Source: Chitinivibrionales bacterium
GTDB lineage: Bacteria; Fibrobacterota; Chitinivibrionia; Chitinivibrionales; WJKA01
DNA: 13,166 nt
Direction: 5' to 3'
Assembly: GCA_038247415.1 (NCBI GenBank)
Contig: JBBRUX010000070.1
Span: 1-13,166, forward strand
Part shown: piece by piece, positions 7,484-13,166 of the stretch
Layout: each line of letters opens with the position of its first letter
Numbering within the stretch: the stretch's first letter is position 1
Translations under genes and position numbers: made by a program
The notes under the pieces: generated by a model
Database searches by the model: none
What the model saw: only the letters and a program-made list of their open reading frames with translations
Told to the model about the DNA's origin: nothing

Positions 7484-9748
7484 ATGGATTTTTTCGAAGC
7501 ACACATGAAAGAGGATGCAAAACGTACGGCCCCGCTTGCCGACCGGATGCGACCACGCACGCTCGATGAATTTGTGGGGCAGGATCACATCATTGGCGCA
7601 GGCAGGTTGCTACGCCGAGCAATCCAGATCGACCAGCTTTCCAGCGTCATTTTTTATGGCCCGCCAGGTACCGGGAAAACGACCCTTGCCCGCATTATTG
7701 CCAACACAACCAAAGCGCAGTTTTTATCGATCAATGCGGTTCTTGCCGGTATCAAAGAAATTCGCGACTCCATTGAAGCTGCTACACGAGCACTTTCTCT
7801 TTTTGGACGCACAACAATCCTTTTTGTAGATGAAGTCCACCGTTTCAATAAATCCCAGCAAGATGCCCTCTTGCCTCATGTTGAAAATGGCGTTCTGATT
7901 CTTATTGGCGCAACTACCGAAAATCCTTATTTTGAGGTTAACAAGGCGCTTGTTTCACGATCGAGAATTTTTCAGCTGCGCACGCTTAATGAAAATGATT
8001 TACATACCATAGCCCACATGGCTCTCGCTGATGCCGAGCGCGGATATGGAACGCGAAAAGTTGTTTTAGAAGCCAATGCCCTGGACCACCTTGCAAAAAC
8101 ATCCAATGGAGATGCGCGTGGCATTTTAAATGCTCTGGAATTGGCAGTAGAAACAACGGCAGCAGATGCCGAGGGCTGCATTACCATAACACGAGAAATT
8201 GCCGAAGAGTCAATTCAGCAAAAAGCCGTTTTGTACGACAAAGATGGCGATGCACACTACGACACCATATCGGCTTTTATTAAATCGTTACGCGGCTCCG
8301 ACCCGGATGCGGCTCTTTACTGGATGGCTAAAATGCTCTATGCTGGCGAAGACCCCCGCTTTATTTTTCGCCGTATGATTATTCTTGCATCCGAGGATGT
8401 TGGACTTGCAGACCCTCAAGCATTAAGCGTTGTTGTGGCATGTTCTCAGGCATACGATTATGTGGGATTACCCGAAGGACGATTCCATCTTTCGCAAGCA
8501 GCACTGTATTTGTCTACTGCTAAAAAGAGCAACTCAACCCTCGCTTTCTTTGATGCGATTGCCCGCGTGGGAACCGATGTAGAAAATGAGGTTCCCGATC
8601 CCCTCAAAGATGCTTCACGGGATAAAGAGGGGTTTGGCCATGGCAAGGGATATATGTATCCCCATGCATTTCGAGATCATTGGGTGGCACAGCAATACCT
8701 ACCCGATTCCCTCAAGGGACGCGTCTTTTATCAACCTTCCGATCAAGGATTTGAATTACAAATCGGACAAGATGTTGCACGTAAACGTGAAGCACTCGTA
8801 GAAGCAATGATTGACAGCGACACAAACAACAATGCTGCATCATCTATCTCGGATACCGCCACCTGGATGACACGAACAACATCCGACAATGAGCTAGCCC
8901 ACATTAGGGATCGCATATTTGAGCTTGCACACATAAACTCCGAATCGCTCTTTCTCGATTTACACGGGCGTAGTGGACTTCTTACACTCGAAGCTATGCG
9001 CCATATAACAACCGGGGGTGTCTGGTCGCTGTGTCACGACGAAACATCGGAACGCACGCTTAACCACCTCACAGCCGCTGCCCCAGCACTCGATAAGCCA
9101 ACAGTTTTGCGAACCTCCTTTGACACATGGGAAGAAGATGTCAGAGCACGTGGCGGACACATGCCGGTGTTTTCCTGCATTGCAGGTCGCGACTGCCTGG
9201 TTACCATTCCCGATGCAGGGTTTTTTTTGACGGGCATTCTTTCGCACCTCTGCAGTGGCGGAACGCTAGTACTTGCAGAAACCATACGTCTGGAAAGTCA
9301 ACGAATAGCCGATCTGATTCCCTCCACAGCATCGACACAGGAGGCGTGTGGGATTTTAAAACGTGCTGAAGATGAGGCCTATGCAACACCCACACTAGGG
9401 CAGCATACGAGCGATTCTCTTGTCAAAACGCTCTCGGAAATTCATTCTGCGAAAGCAACCGCGTCTACCGAAGTGCATGTTCCCATGCGACACATAAGCC
9501 GTAGCACCATCGATACATGGTTTCGATCAAACCCACAAGGGACGGCACCATCGCTAGGGGATCGGATCCGAGCCATTTCTTCCCAGGAAAAAGCTGAATC
9601 GGTACGACTACTCTTGCAATTACATCTCGGTAATGCAGATATCCCCTGGAAAACTACCGTAGTTTATTTCTCGTTAACAAAAAAAGAATCACCCAACACT
9701 AAACCAAAGGTCGTTGTAAAGAAGCGGCCACCAAAAAAGGTTGTATGA
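7484..9748 (+). CDS. rarA: Replication-associated recombination protein A (RarA/MgsA AAA+ ATPase) with a ~310 aa C-terminal methyltransferase-like extension
   Basis: PLADRMRPRTLDEFVGQDH, Walker A GPPGTGKT, Walker B FVDEVHRFNKSQQDALLP, IGATTENPYFEVN, HYDTISAFIKSLRGSDPDAALYW, ASEDVGLADP, GHGKGYMYPH. Confidence 0.94.
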   Translation: MDFFEAHMKEDAKRTAPLADRMRPRTLDEFVGQDHIIGAGRLLRRAIQIDQLSSVIFYGPPGTGKTTLARIIANTTKAQFLSINAVLAGIKEIRDSIEAATRALSLFGRTTILFVDEVHRFNKSQQDALLPHVENGVLILIGATTENPYFEVNKALVSRSRIFQLRTLNENDLHTIAHMALADAERGYGTRKVVLEANALDHLAKTSNGDARGILNALELAVETTAADAEGCITITREIAEESIQQKAVLYDKDGDAHYDTISAFIKSLRGSDPDAALYWMAKMLYAGEDPRFIFRRMIILASEDVGLADPQALSVVVACSQAYDYVGLPEGRFHLSQAALYLSTAKKSNSTLAFFDAIARVGTDVENEVPDPLKDASRDKEGFGHGKGYMYPHAFRDHWVAQQYLPDSLKGRVFYQPSDQGFELQIGQDVARKREALVEAMIDSDTNNNAASSISDTATWMTRTTSDNELAHIRDRIFELAHINSESLFLDLHGRSGLLTLEAMRHITTGGVWSLCHDETSERTLNHLTAAAPALDKPTVLRTSFDTWEEDVRARGGHMPVFSCIAGRDCLVTIPDAGFFLTGILSHLCSGGTLVLAETIRLESQRIADLIPSTASTQEACGILKRAEDEAYATPTLGQHTSDSLVKTLSEIHSAKATASTEVHVPMRHISRSTIDTWFRSNPQGTAPSLGDRIRAISSQEKAESVRLLLQLHLGNADIPWKTTVVYFSLTKKESPNTKPKVVVKKRPPKKVV

Positions 9749-10449
9749 CATCCCCAGAACATCCGGGCAGTGGGCATCGCGCACGACTTCTCGATCGTTT
9801 TTGTCAAGGTGGACTGCAGTCGCTATCCAATTACGAAATTATCGAGCTCCTCCTTTCGTGTGTTATTAGTCGTAAAGATCTCAAGCCGATAGCAAAAGCT
9901 CTTTTAACTCAGTATAAAACCGTTTCCGCAGTACTTTCGGCAACACAAGGGGAACTCGAAAAATGTGCGGGAATTGGCCCGCGAGCTGCATCGTTACTTG
10001 TTTTCATACGAGAATCCATGGCCTACTGCCTTGCAGAGCGTGTCACAGAAAATTCGGTTGTAACTCACCGTAACGACGTTGAAGCGTATCTTAAATTTCA
10101 CCTAGGAAACAGAAGCGACGAATTTGTTGCGGCGCTCTTTTTAGATAATGCAAATCGCATTAAGAAAGTTGCCATTCTCGAAGAAGGCACGGTTAATCAA
10201 TGTGCCGTATTTCCCCGTAAAGTTATTGAGGAAGCACTTTGCTATAAAGCATCTGGATTTATTCTTGCCCACAATCATCCTGGCGGAGCAAAAACTGCTT
10301 CCGAGGCAGATTGGCAGATAACCCGAAAGCTTTATGCAATAGGATCTCTCATGGATTTACGCCTCCTCGATCACATCATTATTACCCGAAATGAAACAAT
10401 TAGTCTTCGCGAAGACCCCCGATGGGGAACTCTCTCGGTCGATATTTAA
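9745..10449 (+). CDS. radC: RadC (UPF0758) JAB-domain protein
   Basis: GHRARLLDRF...LSNYEIIELLL, HhH motif GIGP, E.FVAALFLD, EGTVNQCAVFPR, JAB motif LAHNHPGG...SEAD, LLDHIII. ATGA overlap with rarA. Confidence 0.93.
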   Translation: MTSPEHPGSGHRARLLDRFCQGGLQSLSNYEIIELLLSCVISRKDLKPIAKALLTQYKTVSAVLSATQGELEKCAGIGPRAASLLVFIRESMAYCLAERVTENSVVTHRNDVEAYLKFHLGNRSDEFVAALFLDNANRIKKVAILEEGTVNQCAVFPRKVIEEALCYKASGFILAHNHPGGAKTASEADWQITRKLYAIGSLMDLRLLDHIIITRNETISLREDPRWGTLSVDI

Positions 10450-10516
10450 AAAATCTTCCTGCACTGTAGTATTTTGATTAATTGTCGTCATAAACGACCA
10501 TCAAAGGAGAAATGAC

Positions 10517-11815
10517 TTGGTATTTAGACCCGAACTTTCGTGGGAATTTTTGCCCGCCGACCAGATATTAGCCCGTTCGATGCGCGCAATGCGTAATCAT
10601 GTTCGCCACATCAAAGAGATTTCGCCCTATTATCACGAAATTTTAAGCGACATCAATCCGGATGATATCACTTCTCCCCAAGCCATAGCAGCGCTCCCCA
10701 TTACGAATAAAAACGATGTGGCAACCAACACTGCCCATTTTCTTGGGGTTCCCTACGATCACATTACCGAGACTGTTTTAACAAGCGGATCAACAGGAAA
10801 GCCCTTGGTCTTCTCCCTTACCGAAAGTGACTTGGATCGCCTTGCCTACAACGAAGCACTCTCTTTTTTTGGATTAGAAGTTACCCGTGCAGATAGGGTT
10901 TTATTGCTTGTAAGCCTGGATCGTCTTTTTATTGCAGGCATGGCCTATTACCGTGGGCTCACGCTTTTGGGTGCCAATGTGGCGCGCGTGGGGGTTGTTC
11001 CTGTAGAAATGCAAAAGCACTATCTGCTCATGCTTAAACCAACTGTTATTGTTGGCGTTCCATCATTTCTTAAAAAGCTTGGGCTGGAGCTTAACCAGCG
11101 CGGTTTTGATACGCGCAATTCGTCAATCATTAAAATTGTGTGCATTGGCGAATCGATCCGCGATGAAAAAATGAATCTCAATTCCATGGGAAAAAGCCTC
11201 GAAGAATTATATCGCGCACGCGTTTTTTCTACCTATGCCACCACCGAACTTTCTGTAGGATATTGCGAATGCATCAACCAATGCGGAGGACATGCGCACC
11301 CAGAATTGGTTTACACAGAGATCGTTGACGAAAAGGGATCGCCCGTGCCCGACGGTACCGTTGGCGAATTGATTGCAACGCCCTTAGGCGTTGAAGGAAT
11401 CCCGCTTTTGCGCTATCGAACCGGCGACATCACCATGAAAATACCTGACCCTTGTGCATGCGGTCGCAATTCGATACGTATTGGGCCAATTCTTGCTCGT
11501 AAATCACAAGTGATTAAGTACAAAGGCACCTCGGTTTTTCCTCTTACGATTACCAACATCCTCGATAATTTCGACGAAGTAGACGATTACCTGGTCCTGA
11601 TCGAAAATGATGATGCGCTCTCCGATCAAGTCTCGATTCAGGTGGCAGCCCCACCATCAATTGTTCCGGCAATTAGCGAACAGTTGCGTGCGCATGCTCG
11701 GGTACATTTTCCAATATTGGTTTCTAATTCAAAAACAATCGATGCGCTACGGGGTGATAGCAGGAAAAAAGTACGTATTTTAGATAAACGACGCAATTCT
11801 GAAGCGCACGCTTAA
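10517..11815 (+). CDS. Phenylacetate--CoA ligase (PaaK) family AMP-forming ligase; substrate unknown
   Basis: P-loop LTSGSTGKP, STYATTE, GELIATPL, PLLRYRTGD, CACGR. TTG start with SD AAAGGAG at 10503-10509. Confidence 0.88.
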   Translation: MVFRPELSWEFLPADQILARSMRAMRNHVRHIKEISPYYHEILSDINPDDITSPQAIAALPITNKNDVATNTAHFLGVPYDHITETVLTSGSTGKPLVFSLTESDLDRLAYNEALSFFGLEVTRADRVLLLVSLDRLFIAGMAYYRGLTLLGANVARVGVVPVEMQKHYLLMLKPTVIVGVPSFLKKLGLELNQRGFDTRNSSIIKIVCIGESIRDEKMNLNSMGKSLEELYRARVFSTYATTELSVGYCECINQCGGHAHPELVYTEIVDEKGSPVPDGTVGELIATPLGVEGIPLLRYRTGDITMKIPDPCACGRNSIRIGPILARKSQVIKYKGTSVFPLTITNILDNFDEVDDYLVLIENDDALSDQVSIQVAAPPSIVPAISEQLRAHARVHFPILVSNSKTIDALRGDSRKKVRILDKRRNSEAHA

Positions 11816-11890
11816 AAGTATCACGCTGAAGTGCACGCAGGCCTTGTTATGTAGATACCTCAAAAATGTGGTTAGGCCGGGCAAAAGAGT

Positions 11891-11919
11891 TTGATATTTT
11901 CACGGTAGTATTGTATATT
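11891..11919 (+). promoter_or_regulatory. Probable sigma70 promoter of the tRNA
   Basis: TTGATA(11891-96), 17-bp spacer, TATATT(11914-19), ending 33 bp upstream of the tRNA 5' end. Confidence 0.6.
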
Positions 11920-11952
11920 TTATCACTTGTGATTTGATATTTGTTCAATTAT

Positions 11953-12028
<76 letters not shown>

Positions 12029-12031
12029 TAT

Positions 12032-12076
12032 AAACCCTCGAAATTCTGCAAATTAAGCGGTTTCGGGGGTTTTTTA
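12032..12076 (+). terminator. Intrinsic terminator-like hairpin after the tRNA
   Basis: AAACCCTCGAAA ... TTTCGGGGGTTT followed by a T run. Confidence 0.65.
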
Positions 12077-12201
12077 TTTAGTTTGACAATTAAAATTTTA
12101 TCTAGCACCGAGTAAACACTTTAGGTGCTCATTAAATCGACTTGAGAATTGGGTTTACTTCTGCCATTATTTGAAAAATTTAAACTCATAGTATTTCCGT
12201 T

Positions 12202-12420
12202 TTATATCATAACCTGTCGGGCAATGCGGGACTGTTCCGCGGCCGCCGGCATAATAAAATACCCGCCGTTTGAAACTTTCTTGAACTCTGAAATACTTTT
12301 TAATTCGGAGAAAGCCACATAATCAAGGTAAGGATTAACATCAAAGCTTCCTATGCGCCCATCTTCTGATACAATTGTCAGAAACCAATTCGGCTGCGGT
12401 GAAACTCCTACTATTTTCAT
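12202..12420 (-). pseudogene. DUF2442-family antitoxin, apparently C-terminally truncated/chimeric
   Basis: MKIVGVSPQPNWFLTIVSEDGRIGSFDVNPYLDYVAFSELKSISEFKKVSNGGYFI fits DUF2442. The expected following W..G.D(L/I) motif is absent, replaced from 12252 downward by a GC-rich unrelated segment. Start overlaps the stop of the DUF4160 gene. Confidence 0.72.
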
Positions 12421-12626
12421 TGGTCAAGACCCTTTATTGGAAACGGTTTATTACCTTTTTGTGCTTATTTGACGGTAATGAACCTGCAAGCAGTAACCCA
12501 TCCAGGATTGAGTATTCCCCAATTTTCCCCCTGATAATCTGCATGAATATGCGGGGTCTTATGTTTTTCTATATCACGAAAGAAGATTCTAACGAGAATC
12601 CTAAAAAACGTTGAAATTGTTGGCAT
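12417..12626 (-). pseudogene. DUF4160-family toxin of the DUF4160/DUF2442 TA pair; frameshifted and internally deleted
   Basis: SD AGGAG then MPTISTFFRILVRIFFRDIEKHKTPHIHADYQG; frame changes in the G5A4 run (12523-12531) to KIGEYSILDGLLLAGSLPSNKHK; another change near 12456-12460 gives GNKPFPIKGLDQ-stop, whose TGA overlaps the DUF2442 ATG. The family's AW...H...L...W segment is missing. Confidence 0.8.
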
Positions 12627-12734
12627 TGTTTACTCCTGGATTGAATTCCTGAAAACACTTTCTCTACCGATGACATCTCCAATAAAATAACAAACGGGTA
12701 CTGGTGGTTGAATGAAAGCAACTTGTGCAGTTTT

Positions 12735-12872
12735 TCAGTATCCACACAAGTGACTTAAATGTAAAAATCTCCAAAAATCTTGTCGCGCCTTATCACAAAC
12801 TTTACCTTCTGTAGCAAACGAAATTGATGATAATGCAAGTAGTGCAATTATAACAGTTAAATTCTTTTTCAT
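12735..12872 (-). CDS. 45-aa ORF with a Sec-type signal peptide (small secreted peptide or truncated gene)
   Basis: SD GGAG 5 nt before the ATG; MKKNLTVIIALLALSSISFA-TEGKVCDKARQDFWRFLHLSHLCGY-stop. Below the ORF track's size cutoff. Confidence 0.5.
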   Translation of the reverse strand: MKKNLTVIIALLALSSISFATEGKVCDKARQDFWRFLHLSHLCGY

Positions 12873-13077
12873 TGTATCTCCAACATTTCATTTTTTCTGG
12901 ACAATGCTCAAATGTGCAGCTTCGTGGCCAAGAATCATACCGTAAATCGGCTTTGACGTTCTATCCAGGTTGTCTGCACCATTTGATTATTATTCCGCAG
13001 TGATTCAAAAATACACGACGCATTTGATAAATACATCTGTTTTGCTATTTCCTTTCCGTTTGTTGTATTTTTATTGC

Positions 13078-13166
13078 ATGGTCAAAATTCACGATACTTG
13101 GTATAAAACGCTCTTCAGCAATCCTTCGGTTGTCGAAGACTTACTCACCTCGTTTGTAGAAGAACA
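13078..13166 (+). CDS. N-terminus of an Rpn/YhgA-like (Transposase_31, PD-(D/E)XK) recombination-promoting nuclease; runs off the right edge
   Basis: MVKIHDTWYKTLFSNPSVVEDLLTSFVEE matches the typical N-terminal HD..(Y/F)K..FS.P....DLL pattern of this family. Only 29 codons are visible. Confidence 0.75.
   Translation, partial: MVKIHDTWYKTLFSNPSVVEDLLTSFVEE

Noticed and set aside
601..9395. Numerous 60-157 aa ORFs nested in or antisense to the major genes
   Set aside because: All lie within well-supported CDSs and show no family motifs.
12104..12129. Imperfect hairpin AGCACC...GGTGCT as a terminator, dif or attC site
   Set aside because: No clear U-tract and no match to XerC/D or attC consensus; function unsupported.
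12375..12614. 79-aa plus-strand ORF
   Set aside because: It is antisense to the recognisable DUF4160/DUF2442 pseudogenes.

Overview
Bacterial chromosomal window, mostly housekeeping and cell-envelope genes, with a decayed accessory segment after a tRNA at the right end. Left to right: a partial predicted lipoprotein gene (- strand, missed by the ORF track); an operon of murB, a UDP-HexNAc dehydrogenase (TviB/WbpO/CapL-like), a GtrB/ArnC-like GT2 glycosyltransferase and a YdjC/ChbG deacetylase fused to a class I SAM methyltransferase; a ~430 bp convergent intergenic region packed with structured elements (a ~208 bp, ~63% GC multi-hairpin element resembling the Flavo-1 RNA/repeat family, a C5/G5 REP-like hairpin, and two 40-bp repeats with a compensatory base-pair change); phosphoglucomutase (-); RarA with a methyltransferase-like C-terminal extension, coupled to radC; a phenylacetate-CoA-ligase-family gene; tRNA-Lys(CUU) with promoter and terminator; a broken DUF4160/DUF2442 toxin-antitoxin pair, other gene fragments, and the start of an Rpn/YhgA-like nuclease. 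The best novelty candidates are the dehydrogenase/GT2/deacetylase-methyltransferase pathway and the structured elements at 5148-5558. No taxonomy is claimed.
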